A DNA stretch of 64,000 nt from the human T2T-CHM13v2.0 reference genome, Homo sapiens. Below the pieces are notes generated by a model. The model searched no databases, was not told the origin of the DNA, and saw only the letters and a list, made by a program, of their open reading frames with translations. Shown here in pieces: positions 30,875 through 50,189 of this stretch. The stretch lies in NCBI RefSeq assembly GCF_009914755.1, contig NC_060936.1. The stretch is one strand, 5' to 3'. Position 1 is the stretch's first letter; each line of letters opens with the position of its first letter. Position numbers and translations under genes: made by a program.

Positions 30875-30897
30875 ATTTCTCTGACATTTACATGTAG
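30875..30897 (+). promoter_or_regulatory. Candidate splice acceptor of the OR6C68 coding exon
   Basis: tttctCTGACatttacatgtAG|tttt has a branch-point-like ctgac and lies just upstream of the ATGs at 30908 and 30923. Confidence 0.45.
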
Positions 30898-30922
30898 TTT
30901 TGGAAAAATGCAGAAGTCAGTA

Positions 30923-31861
30923 ATGAGAAAACACACAGCAATAACAACATTCATCCTTCTGGGACTGACAGAAGATCCTCAGCTGCAGGTTCTGCTTTTC
31001 ATGTTTCTATTTATCACCTACATGTTGAGTGTAACAGGGAAACTGACCATTATCGCCCTCACCATGTTGGATCCCCACCTGAAAACACCCATGTATTTTT
31101 TTCTCCAAAATTTATCTTTCTTAGAAATCTCATTTACAGCTACCTGTGTTCCAAGATTCTTATACAGTATCTCAACTGGGAACAAAATAATAACGTATAA
31201 TGCATGTGTCATTCAGCTATTTTTTGCAGACCTCTTTGGGGTAACTGAATTTTTTCTTTTGGCTACCATGTCATATGATCGCTATGTGGCCATCTGCAAA
31301 CCCTTGCATTATATGGCAATCATGAGCAACAAAGTGTGCAAAACAATGGTTATTTGTTGTTGGATGGCAGCACTTATGATTATCCTCCCACCACTTAGCT
31401 TAGGTTTTCATCTAGAATTCTGTGACTCTAATGTCATCAATCATTTTGGCTGTGATGCATTGCCTATTCTGAAAATACCATGCTCAGACACATCATTAAT
31501 TGAGCAGATGGTTGTAGCCTCTGCTGTATTAACCTTTATTATCACTCTTGTATGTGTAGTTCTGTCCTACACATATATCATAAGAACAATTCTAAAATTC
31601 CCTTCTGTTCAACAAAAGAAAAAAGCCTTTTCTACCTGTTCTTCACATATTACTGTGGTTTCCATCACTTATGGCAGCTGCATCTTCATCTATATCAAGC
31701 CATCTGCAAAAGAAGAGGTAAACATTAATAAAGGTGTGTCAGTGCTTATTTCATCCATATCACCTATGTTGAATTCTTTCATATATACTCTTAGGAATGA
31801 GCAAGTTAAACAAGCCTTTCATGACTCACTCAAAAAAATTGCATTTCGTTTAAAAAAGTAA
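30923..31861 (+). CDS. OR6C68: Olfactory receptor family 6C, 312 aa (317 aa from the in-frame ATG at 30908)
   Basis: 7TM ORF with [25 protein letters not shown] and KAFSTCSSH; recognised as OR6C68. The ORF-track start at 30857 is TTG, not ATG. Confidence 0.92.
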   Translation: MRKHTAITTFILLGLTEDPQLQVLLFMFLFITYMLSVTGKLTIIALTMLDPHLKTPMYFFLQNLSFLEISFTATCVPRFLYSISTGNKIITYNACVIQLFFADLFGVTEFFLLATMSYDRYVAICKPLHYMAIMSNKVCKTMVICCWMAALMIILPPLSLGFHLEFCDSNVINHFGCDALPILKIPCSDTSLIEQMVVASAVLTFIITLVCVVLSYTYIIRTILKFPSVQQKKKAFSTCSSHITVVSITYGSCIFIYIKPSAKEEVNINKGVSVLISSISPMLNSFIYTLRNEQVKQAFHDSLKKIAFRLKK

Positions 31862-32175
31862 AGTGTACCTAAGTTGATAAATCAATATAAAAGATCTGCT
31901 TCATATTTTTCATAAAGCCAATAACCAACTTTGTAATTTCTTAGTCTATAGAGCAATCAAGTTGACTGCATAGCCATTTAATCATTAATTTTTTATTAAT
32001 TTACGTACTGAGAAATTAATTATTGAATAATATTCTATGATAGACAAAATATATCACTTTTAATCCTTAACCAGATTAAACCACTCTTTTTTCCTTCTTT
32101 CCAGTTGATTTTCTCTGATAATTTTAAAATATGGGTGTGAAGTTATTTTTTTCCCAACTTCTATGAGTAGTCATT

Positions 32176-32484
<309 letters not shown>

Positions 32485-33203
32485 TCTATGAGAATTCACT
32501 CTTAATCAAGATACAAATTCCTTGCCTCACTGAAAAAAAGTCAGATTTAAGTAACAAACTTTAAAATATCTACAGCAAAAAGAGAAAATTTCATGAAAAA
32601 TATTAAAGAGAAAACATAAGTAAAAGAATAGCTTTATGGTACAGTTAACATGAAAGGCTTAATATAATAAATATGTAGGAAGTTTCTATGAATCAAAAAA
32701 GGCAACAAATTTACTATAAATACCAAGAAAATATTAGATATTTATTTTACTAAAAAATAAAATTACCTATAGCAATAGGAAGGGATGCACAACTTCATTA
32801 TTAGCCACAGATTTAAACATTAAAGTCATGATATACATTTCACCCATCATATTTGCACAAACTAAATTTTTCGTATGTTCAATATTAGCCAGTATGCTAA
32901 CACTTAAAGTAAAACATACACCTCAATGCACAATTTACTTGAAAACATTGGAATTTATATTTACTAACAGTACATATAAGATTTCATCTAGAAATCAACA
33001 TCTAGGGATTTATGCCAGAATCTACTTGCCAATTATTATACTCATTGCAGTCATTTTGTAATAGTAAAAGATTGAAAATAACCAAATGAACATCACTTGG
33101 CAATGTGTAAGTCAATTAGGGAATTACAGCATAAGATGTAGTACTTATCAAATGATATAGAACTTGATCTTATAATGGAAGGATATTAAAATTTTTAAAA
33201 ACT

Positions 33204-33510
<307 letters not shown>

Positions 33511-34059
33511 CTATTTGCAAGATAATACATACATCATTATGCCATTTAGGAAAAATAAAATCCTATGTTGATCATAAATGCATAAAGATAGATAATACAT
33601 GTTTTAGTCATCCCTTTCCCACACCACGAGCACCAAATACAATAATCTTGCTGCACAATGCACAGAACATATTTGATAAATGAATGAATGAATGATTGCC
33701 CGTATGAAAGTTTGAATATGTGAATAAATTATTCTGTGTAAATAGAAATGAAATGTAAAAACACACTGTACAGTTGACACCATTCATCTTGGGATAATAG
33801 TGAGTGACATAAAATTCAAGAATATTCACCTGTTCTCTAAGCCCATGTCATTTGTTTCTATTGGTAATATTTGACAAATGCCTCTTGCTTTGTTTCTCAG
33901 CCTACATTAATCTTTGGGGTTGAAGGTAAAACACCCAGTGAACAACTTAATCAAATTGAATGTTTCAGGAAAGTTGTTTCCATTCCTAATTTCAGTGGAG
34001 AACCTCAAAACCCCCCAAAAGTTAATTATTGCATTCTATTAACCAATCCACAGTGTTTT

Positions 34060-37000
34060 TAATTCAGGGTTGTGATCTAAATCAGGCCAATCAGAGTTAA
34101 TCAAGACTTCTTCTGGAAGTCTGATACATCGTACATTCTTTCTCCGATATGGTGTGAAAAAGTAACGTCTAACACTGCTATGGTTACAGTTTCTATCAGC
34201 GAAGGAACTACCCTGAGTACCAGGCCAGCACACAGATAAGGTTAGAGCACGTAGCTCAGTGAGTCACACAGAGATGGAAACAGTACCCTTATTGCCTCAT
34301 GGACCTCTGGATCAAACTATGAGAAAGGTTAATTCCACAAGTTATATGAACTCAGTCAATAAATTATTTGGAGTATTTGTATGTATATTGATGTATTTCT
34401 TACACCAACATAGGTTTTTTTGGTAACTTGCCAGTAAAAGATATGAGAAATTGCTACCAAGAGTAGCAGAAAGAGGTGACAGATCTAAAAATTGTAATTG
34501 TACAAACCAATGTAAGAAAGGAAAAATTTCTTATACTGTAGTGAACAAATTGGTTAAACTGCCACCAGGCTTGTGTTGAGAATGCAGGATTTGTGTCTAG
34601 CAAAACTACAGGATTAGGGGACACAGTGGAAAAATTTTAGGGTGGTTGACTCTAAGTAGCTTTCTATAGCCATCAAAATGGTCATATAATAGAGAAAAAT
34701 AAAGCTTACTTGAAACTGACTCACACAGAAAAAAGAAAAGATACTAAATTATTTCTCAGAATTCCTGTAAATCAGTAATCTGCAGCCTTGCAAGCTTGAA
34801 AAAGTCAATTTTGTATATTGCAAGTTAAAATTAATGAAAGCAAGTCTAGAATAAAGAACTCTAGTAAGAAATAATATGGGATATGGGACTCAACAATAGG
34901 ATTTATTACTCGGGCACTGTACCACAGTAAATAATTTTCATGATGCATCCCCTGCTACAACTAGTAAAGATTGACTCCAGTTTACAACAGAGTAGGAGGG
35001 ATCCATTCTGGAGACACAAGGCAGATTAAAGGTGCTTCCCTACACCTGGCCACTGATTTGAATTGTCTCCAGTTCATGATCAAGTCTAAGACAGTTACTA
35101 ATGAGAGGTTTGAATAAAGCACTGGAAAAGAGCTGGATGTCATGTCACAAGTCCTCAGATTCATTTCTGAATCTGACTTAAAAATATCTTCAGCTTTGCT
35201 TCTGTAATGACTTGGCTCATAAATGATAAGTGAATGGGGATATATTGTCAAGATAACATGGGAGTCTTTAGTTTATTTATCATTTTTTCCCAGCATGTAA
35301 TATTTTGTACAGTCAAGTAATAGCAAAGAGCACTATCAGAGAAGAATGCAGGAAACCATAGAGCATTATAACATCGTGAAACCAGACTGATTCATCCAGA
35401 ATTCTTCCTCTTGGCTCATTTTGGCATATGTTGTCTTGAAACTACCCTTATCACCACAACTCAGCATCTTCAGCCCTTTCCTACCAACCCTTACATTCAA
35501 CTACCTTTTAAGGTAAAGTCCCATATTTACTATAGTGTTTATTTATTAAAAATTTAACATAGATTTTACCTGTGCTAGTATTTTTATTAGAATTGCTTTG
35601 CACAAACTTAATTTTTAAAATAATGCTTATTATTTTTACTGTGTGACATTACCTAATACAAAGCTTTTCATGGTTGCACATATTGTGCTTTTGCAAAATA
35701 CCAATAATTTAAGCTCCTCCAATGCCAAAGAAACACCAAGTCTGTCCAACAGCTTATGATTGCTTAGCTCCTCAGAAAATCTCAAGAGACATACACTCCC
35801 ATTTTCAGCAAGAAGTGAACTGTTAGTTTTGTACAAATCCCTGTGGTGGAAAGCTTTAGTGCCCATTTCAAGTATGTGCACTCTGACAAGATGAAGACTA
35901 TTTCCCAAATTTCAAAACCACGGGAACCTGGATTGGCCACCAATTGATTCACTCCAGTTGGGCAATTAATTCTTGCTATGCCTTCCAATTAGAACATGAC
36001 ACAATTTATAGACTAGTAACTGCTATACATTATTTTCCTTATTATTCCAAACGTGGAATAATGAAATGAAATGAAGTCATTTTCATTATCACCTTCTCTC
36101 TCTACCATGGTATATTGGGTGTGTTGGATGTGGCCAACGTTATTTAATAATAACTTCCATATCTGAGGAAAGATGCACCTACAACTAATAAAAGTAATTC
36201 AACATTATCCAATATTCCTGGACTTAAAGGAAAATGCACTTTGGGTTTGCCTTTTGAGAATTATTTATTAAGTTCTATGCACCCTTGAGCATTTTCAAAA
36301 GCTTGTATACTAAAACGTGTACAATTTCAAAGGATAAATGTTATGATACATAAATTGTATCTCAATTTATTTTAAATATAATTTTAAAGATGTTTAAAAA
36401 GCATACGTAGAGGAAGAAGCATGCTTGTGGAAACTAGGCTATCAAAAAGTATACATATTGTAATAAACATGCATTGTTTTAGTTTCAGTTTTTGTTTTAT
36501 TCTGCTCAGCACCTTTTCTCCTTTCTCATAATAAACCATATAAGGCAAAACAAATAGACAAACAAAAAAACATGTTTATCTTATAGTTGACTACAAGAGT
36601 AAATGATGTAGTCTAGGATTATTCACATAGCATGTTCTGTTTGCCTAGCTACCGTAGTGCCTTGAAAATGACCCTACGAAAAAAAGCAGATCTTAATTTT
36701 TCCTGAAAACCCTAGAGACCAGACTACTTTCTTTCTTCTCACTGATGTTATATAAGGATATTATATGCAGAACTGCTGTCACAAGTATTGCTACTATAAA
36801 GGGAGCCAGCATGAGGATAAAAAGTCATACTGAGAAGAGTAGAACCTAAAAATTCTTAGGGAGGTGGAACCAGAAAAAAAAAAGTGACATGAATTTCTGA
36901 ATCATAGTGTACCAAGCACCAGCCCTACCATCAGACTTTCTGTCTCACATCAATCAACAGAGTCTATTGTCTCTAACAAGTTGAAAATAGGTGTCTCATA

Positions 37001-37545
37001 CGTGCAAGCAAACATTTCTAGCTGAATCAAAAGCTTTGTCACCCTACATGCCTCCACAGCACTTTGGGTTTTCCTAGGGTTATTAACAATAGAAGTCATA
37101 ACAGATCGTTTCATTAATGGACTAGGGAGTCATGGTTCCCTTGCTGTATCATTTGCAAAATGATACAAGGAGAAGTGGAAAATGCTTGTACATTTGAGCT
37201 TGCCTTCCGTCTTTCTGCTTTTGGAACACAATTATTATGTGAAGATGCTAGGGCTCACCTGCTGGAAATATGTGTGGCCTATCCAGAGCCAACACCAACC
37301 ACCAGACATGTGAGTAGGACTGCACAAAACAGATCTGTCCTCATTTGACTTACTAAATAATTGGTAATACCTGACTGAGCCAAGCCAGCATCCCTTGGAG
37401 TAGAGAGGAACTGCATCAGCAGAACCCTGACCAAATTGACAATTCACAACAGAATTATAAGCAAAAAAAAAAAAAAAAAAGGCTGTTAGTTTAAACCACT
37501 AAGTTTTAAAATGGTTTGCTCTGCAGCAAAGGGTAGCATATAGAA
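34060..37545. mobile_element. Patchwork of degraded MLT1 LTR and internal fragments
   Basis: MLT1-like 3' motifs, e.g. ttgttagtttaaaccactaagttttaaaatggtttgctctgcagca near 37485-37530 and ccagccctaccatcagacttt near 36920. Boundaries are uncertain. Confidence 0.4.
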
Positions 37546-37775
37546 ACTGGCCCAGAATAAGTTAAGCAGAAAAGAAATTTACTGCAAAATGTAAATGCTC
37601 TGATAAATTTAATTAAGCAAGCCTAGAATGTGATCATGAGCAGAGATGAGATGAGCAGTAGGAAGGGTCTTTCCCAAAGACTACAGATACTGTCGAGAGT
37701 TCTCATCTGCTAAAAACAACTTTCATTTGAAGCTGTTGCCATTGAGCCAGATGTTGGCAAGGCTGTAGGAATACA

Positions 37776-38198
37776 TGACATGGTTCGGATCTGTGTCCTC
37801 ACCCAAATCTCATGTCAAAATGTATTCCTCAATGTTGGAGATGAGGCCTGATCGGAGGTGATTGGATCATGGGGGCAGATTTCTCATGAATACGTTACCA
37901 CCACCCCCTTGGTGCTTTCCTCATGATAGTAAGTTCTCGTGAGATCTGGTCATTTAAAAGTGTATAGCACCTCCCCCTTGCTCTCTCTTGCTCCTGCCCT
38001 GGCCATGTGACATGTCTGCTCCCCCTTGGCCTTCTGCTATGATTGTAAGTTTCCTGAGGCCTCCTCAGAAGCCAAATAGATGCCAGTGCTATGATTCCTA
38101 TACAGCCTGCAGAAAAGTGAGCCAATTAAACCTCTTTTCTTTATAAATTACCCAGTCACAGGTATTTCTTTATAGCAAGGTAAGAACAGCCTAATACA
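37776..38198 (+). mobile_element. MSTB-like solo LTR
   Basis: tgacatggttcggatctgtgtcc..caaatctcatg ... attaaacctcttttctttataaattacccagtc..ctaataca, with TG...CA ends. Confidence 0.9.
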
Positions 38199-38364
38199 AC
38201 ATCTAATCTCACCTTCCTTCATTTTTATATCACTCACTAAGATTTGAAGTACCAGTTTTAAGAATCCAATTAGCTCATCTAAAACCACATACCTATGCCC
38301 TGGGTTTTGCAGGGAGTAAAAGTGAGGGAGAAGGAAAGGAAAAATTACTTGGGTAAACAACTAA

Positions 38365-38983
38365 GAGACCAGTCCTTAGAGAAGCTGCCTGCCTGAAAAA
38401 TTACAGCTACAGGCAAAAATAGATCAGTCTGGTGAAAATTCAGACTACAGCTGCACAAATAAGCCACAGATAGGCAGACAGGCAGGCAAAGTCCAGCATA
38501 CAAGCCCTTTGTTCTTTGTATGATTAACAAGCTCCCAGGAAAAAGTTTCCTTCTCTTTTCAGACAAGTACACAGTGGGCTCTGTGGGCTCTTGCACAGGG
38601 AGGAGGCAGGCTTACCTAAAACAAACCCACACTTACACAAACAAAAAAAGCTGCGCTTTGTGCTTGCCTAGAGACATACCCACAGCTGCATAAGATAAAG
38701 TGAGCTGCACAGACAGCTTTACTGATAAGAGAAGTTACTTGAACTGCTACAGAGATGAGAAGAGTTTCTTATAAAAGCTTCTGAACTCAACCGTAAAAAT
38801 GGAAATCCACTCAGACTCCCCTCACCACTGTGCAGAGCTTTCTTCTTTCACTTATTAAACTTTTCCTCCAACCTGACCCTTGTGTCTGTGCTCCTTAATC
38901 ATCTTGGACATGAGACGAAGAACTCCGGGTAATACCTCACAGGAGAGACTATTACATTGTGGTGCATTGGTGAGACCGTAACA
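38365..38983 (+). mobile_element. ERV1 solo LTR (MER50-like)
   Basis: The 3' end attaaactttt..aagaactccgggta..gagactattacattgtggtgcattggtgagaccgtaaca is MER50-like; the 5' boundary is approximate. Confidence 0.7.
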
Positions 38984-39108
38984 GAAGGACATTCAAAATG
39001 TATATTTAAAATGTATGCTTCATCAACTTTGTGAAGCTAATGAAAATAAATAATGTATGCTTTTGTACATTCATTTTGTTTGTACAAACACAAATGAATA
39101 TTTCGGCT

Positions 39109-39109
<1 letters not shown>

Positions 39110-39146
<37 letters not shown>

Positions 39147-39186
39147 AGACAGAGAGAGACAAGAGACAGAGACAGAAAGACAGAGA
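39110..39186. repeat. (TG)n followed by a (GA/GACA)n microsatellite
   Basis: Direct observation. Confidence 0.95.
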
Positions 39187-39271
39187 AGGCTTAAGAATCC
39201 ATTTGTCTTTACCCTAAGGGATAAAATTTAATTACCAAACATTTCATCCAGCCCATGCAAATTTCATGATC

Positions 39272-39620
<349 letters not shown>

Positions 39621-40102
39621 TCAATCTTTCTCTGGTTTTCTCATGATCCTATTTTAATTTTATGCAAACTTCAGATGAAACTAATCATCAAAAATATGCC
39701 TAAGCAAATCCAGTATTTGATAAAACAGAAAGGTAAAAGAAGATAAAAATTAGCACCTAATCACAAGTCCATATATTTTATTCCTATTTCCCCTCCTATG
39801 TTACTTATCCAGATTACAATTTCCTTCATCTAGCATTTTCTCAGCTTTTTATACTTAGCTGGGTGACCAAAATCTTTATTGCTGAGAAATAGTAGTGTTT
39901 GTTCATCTTGCTTATGCTTGATTTAGGTACATCTTTATCACGTGTTTTATCCATATATCCTCCTGCTCTACTGTAGTAGTGAATAAATATATTTTAACTT
40001 AATAATCAGATTAAGTCACCTGCTTAACACATTGTTTTCTTTTGCATGTTTATATAGTGGTATTAGACGTTCAACATAGTCATCATACAACATATGTCAG
40101 TC

Positions 40103-40897
40103 TGATACCATATCTTTGCTATTGTGAATAGTGCTGTGATGAACATATGTGTGCATGTGTCTTTATGGTAGAATGATTTATATTTCTTTGAATATATACC
40201 CAGTAATGGGATGTCTAGGTCGAATGGTAATTCTTTTTTAAGTGCTTTGAGAATTTGCCAAACTGCTTTCCACAATGGCTGAACGAATTTATATTCCCCC
40301 CAGCAATGTGTAAGTGTTCCCTTTTCTCTACAACCTCAGTAACATCTGTTAGCTTTTGACTTTTTAATAGTAGCCATTCTGACTGCTGGGAAATTGTATC
40401 ATTGTGGTTTGGGTTTGCATTTCTCTGATGATTAGTGATGCTGAGCATTTTTTCATATGCTTGTTGGGGCCATATGTATCTTCTTTTGTAACTTAAATAT
40501 CCATCAACAGTAGACTGGATAAAGAAAATGTGGTACATATACAGCCACAGTATACTATGCAGCCAATGAGATTATGTCCTTTGCAGCAACATGGATAGAG
40601 CTGGAAGCTATTATACTAAGCAACCTAACACAGGAGCAGAAAACCATATACTGCATGTTCTCGCTTGTAAGTGGGAGCTAAACACTGAGTACATATGGAC
40701 ACAAGGAAGAGAACAACAGACACCAGAGCCTGCTTGAGGGTGGAGGATGGGAGGAGGATGAGGATAGAAAAACTACCTATCAGGTACTATGCTGATTACC
40801 TGGGTGATGAAATATACCAAATCTCCATGACACACAATTTACTTATGTAACAAACCGGCACATGTACTCCAAACCTAACATAAAAGTGAAGAAAATT
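40103..40897. mobile_element. 5'-truncated, 5'-inverted (twin-primed) L1PA15/16-like element
   Basis: 40103-40488 is antisense ORF2 end and 40489-40897 is sense 3' end. The two pieces are contiguous in L1 coordinates. Confidence 0.88.
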
Positions 40898-40980
40898 AAC
40901 AAGTGTTAGTTTGTTTAAAACATTCCTCCTTCAGATATTAAAATATTTACTCAGCTGAGTACAGTAATGTAAAATTTAAC

Positions 40981-41515
40981 TGCTGCAGACAGACTCTAAA
41001 ATGCCCCCCAATGATCTCTGCCTTCTGACATCTCCACATTTGTACAATTTCCTCCTCTTTAGTGAAGGCTGGACTAGAGATTTGCTTTGAACATATAAAG
41101 TAAAACAAAGATAATATAATGTTACTTCTATGACCAGGTTACAAGAAACTGCAACCTCCATCTTGCTAGCAAAAGTTCCCTACTGCCTTTTCGTCTTTCC
41201 TGTTTTGATAAATCAAGTGGCCATGTTGGAGAGACCTCATCCCCTGTGGCAAGGATCCGAGGGTTACCTCCAGCCCACGGTAAGCAATGGACTTAAGCTC
41301 TCCATTCAAAAACCAGCCTGGAAGTGAATCATGCTAACAACCATGTGAATCCAAAAAATGATTCTTTCCTAGTAGAGCTCTAAGATGAGACTTCATTTGT
41401 GAGGACCCAATTAAGCTATGCCTGAACTCCCGACCCAAAGAAATTGTGAGATAATACATGCATATGGTTTTAAGCCTCTAGGTTTGTGGCAATTTGTTAC
41501 AAAGAAATAGATAAC
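40981..41515 (+). mobile_element. MLT1E/F-like LTR
   Basis: cagactctaaaatgcccccaatgatc...ttttaagcctctaggtttgtggcaatttgttac..aatagataac. Confidence 0.75.
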
Positions 41516-41517
41516 CC

Positions 41518-42033
41518 TGTATTAGTCAAGGTTCTCTAGAGGGACACAACTAATAGGATATACATATGTGTGTGTGTATATATGTATATATCATATATAT
41601 CAAATATACAGTTATATCAATTTGATATATATTTAGAGAGAGGGTTGAGTTTATTAAGTAGTATTAACTCACATGATCACAAGGTCACACAATAGGCCAT
41701 CTGGAAGCTGAGGAGCAAGGAAGTGAGCTCCAATCTAAAAGCTGAAGAACTTAGAGTCCGATGTTCAAGGGCAGGAAGCATCCAGCACGGGAGAAAGATG
41801 TAGGCTGAGAGGCTAAGCCAACCTGGCATTTTCACGTTTCTCTGCCTGCTTTATATTCTTGCTGCACTGGCAGCTGATTAGATGGTGTCCACCCAGATTA
41901 ACAGTGGGTCTGCCTTTCCCAGACCACTGATTCACATGTTTATCTCCTTCGGCAAGACCCTCACAGACACACCCAAGATCAATACTTTGCATCTTTCAAT
42001 CCAATCAAGTTGACACTCAGTATTAACCATCAC
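41518..42033 (-). mobile_element. MLT2A-like (HERV-L) solo LTR
   Basis: tgtattagtcaaggttctctagaggg...caatccaatcaagttgacactcagtattaaccatcaca. Confidence 0.9.
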
Positions 42034-43004
42034 ACTAACTGAAAACTTATTGGTGAGTCATTGTTGCAAAACATGAAAAGCACAGCCACCTTCTTCTAAT
42101 TCTTCATTCTCTGACCCATATATTATCTATGAAAAATTTAGGGCATACGTAGGCTATTTGTTCATAACATTATGTATATCTCCTACAAGGCAACATTGAA
42201 GATAATGTACCCATCCTCTTGATATTCAATAGGACAATGCATCATTCTGCAAGGACAAATTTTTCCATATGTTATGGTATATGAAAACACTAGTGAATAT
42301 ATGTGGCACCAAGCCATTGCCATATTTATTTTGCTGAAATAGACATGTCTTAATCAAAAACGTTTCATGTGGGATAAGTTGCCAGTGGAAAAGCATATAG
42401 ATAGTTCATCAGTACTGGTACTGGTATAACATGACAGGAAGAAAAATCATATCCCCATCCCTATATAAAATAAAATTTGTTTTAGAAACAAATATTTCCC
42501 ATTTGCTTTACAGATATGATGCCAAAACAAGTTCTTAGGATGGGTCACTTTCTCAGACAATGTAGGCCCGCATCATGGTCAAAGTCAGTATTGTTGTCAA
42601 AGTACATATCTTGAGCTTATAAATAATGTCTTAAAGAATCAGCATGGCTGTTTTTATTATTTTCCCAATTAAGTAAACAACAGAGTAGTTAGCTAAGAAA
42701 AGTGACTATTATCCACAGAAAGAAAACTTTATGTACATGGTTATTAACTTACTTCTGGTTAGATAAGCATATACTCAAATATTATCTACAAGCTAAGCTC
42801 AATTGTTTTCCTTCCTGGTAAATTGGTTAAATGAAATTCTCCCCAAAATATAGGTGTGTATTGAGGGAGGAGATGCATTGGCTAAGAATAAGCATTTGCA
42901 GGACTGCCAGGATTTCGTTCATAAAAAATCCCTAAACTTTAAACATTACTGGGCATATAACTCCTCATAGTGGTGGAGTGTTTCTTGCCTAGTAAGAATT
43001 CATG

Positions 43005-43223
43005 ATTGAGGTATAATATATACAAAAGAAGGAACATACGATAAGTACACAGCCCTATGAATCATTACAAACTAAATAATTGCATGTAACCACTATCCAG
43101 ATCATAAAATACAGCATTGCTAGACCCCACAGTACTCCCTCATACTGCCCCAATCACAGTTCTTTCCCATCATTCTAACATTAACTCATTTTCTGATTTT
43201 TATACCCATAAATTTATTTTGTC

Positions 43224-43225
<2 letters not shown>
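43005..43225 (-). mobile_element. L1ME 3' fragment, interrupted by a young L1
   Basis: ttgaggtataatatatac..catgtaaccactatccagatcataaaatacagcatt is the L1ME signature. Confidence 0.7.
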
Positions 43226-49382
<6,157 letters not shown>

Positions 49383-50189
49383 ATTTAGACCCAGATTTTC
49401 CAAATTAAAAGGATATATATAAGTATTTCTTCTCTTATTATATGTTCTAATTCAAATCTACCATATTTTCTGATTAATAACCAAAGTTTCTTTTTCATAT
49501 TTTTCTCCATTCATACCTTTAAATTGATGGCTTTTTTAGTGCAAAAATAATTTTTCTCAGGATTTTTTTTCTTGTCTGGCATCTTTTGTCCCAAGAAGAA
49601 TAAGTAGAGGTGATGTATTTCTCATTTTTTTGTAATGCAAACCATCCTGCTACAGGGACCCTATAAAGCAGAATTCAAGGGTTTAACTTTCTTCACAGTT
49701 GACAGAGAAATAAATAGGCTAAGAAGGAACTATTTTATCACACTAATTTTACATTAAAGTAGAACTTAAAACCTTTCTCTAAAGAAGAAAATAAGGACTA
49801 TGCTTTCTTAACATCTTCTTTCTTCCTCAGACTATTTATATGGCAAAGACATAGATGAAGAAGCCTAAAAGTCAGTAGGACCTAAATTTATATTTTTGGC
49901 CTTCTTACACAAGTAACTCAGCCACAGTTTTGTTGATCTTACTTAGATATATTCTCTATTTCAGTGCATTAGGCAATGAAATTTCTTCATAATCAGAAAG
50001 AAAAATCAATGTTATGAGCACTTGAACAACTATTTCTAAGATCACCACAGGTATCTTAGGATTTCCATGCTCATCTATCAAACCATGGGCTGAAAGTTCT
50101 AGAACTCCAGTACTTGTCTTTTTCTACAAGACTGCAATACAGTGTTGTAAAATATAATATAAATGCTCTAACAGCCTAATTGCTCAATT

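Noticed and set aside
30857-30922. 22-aa N-terminal extension of OR6C68 in the ORF track
   Set aside because: It starts at TTG and spans the probable intron/acceptor; only the ATGs at 30908 and 30923 are plausible.
39205-39235. Possible O/E plus homeodomain enhancer motif (ccctaaggga..taatta)
   Set aside because: The spacing is non-canonical (3-nt core), the motif is isolated between a microsatellite and an Alu, and it is expected by chance in AT-rich DNA.
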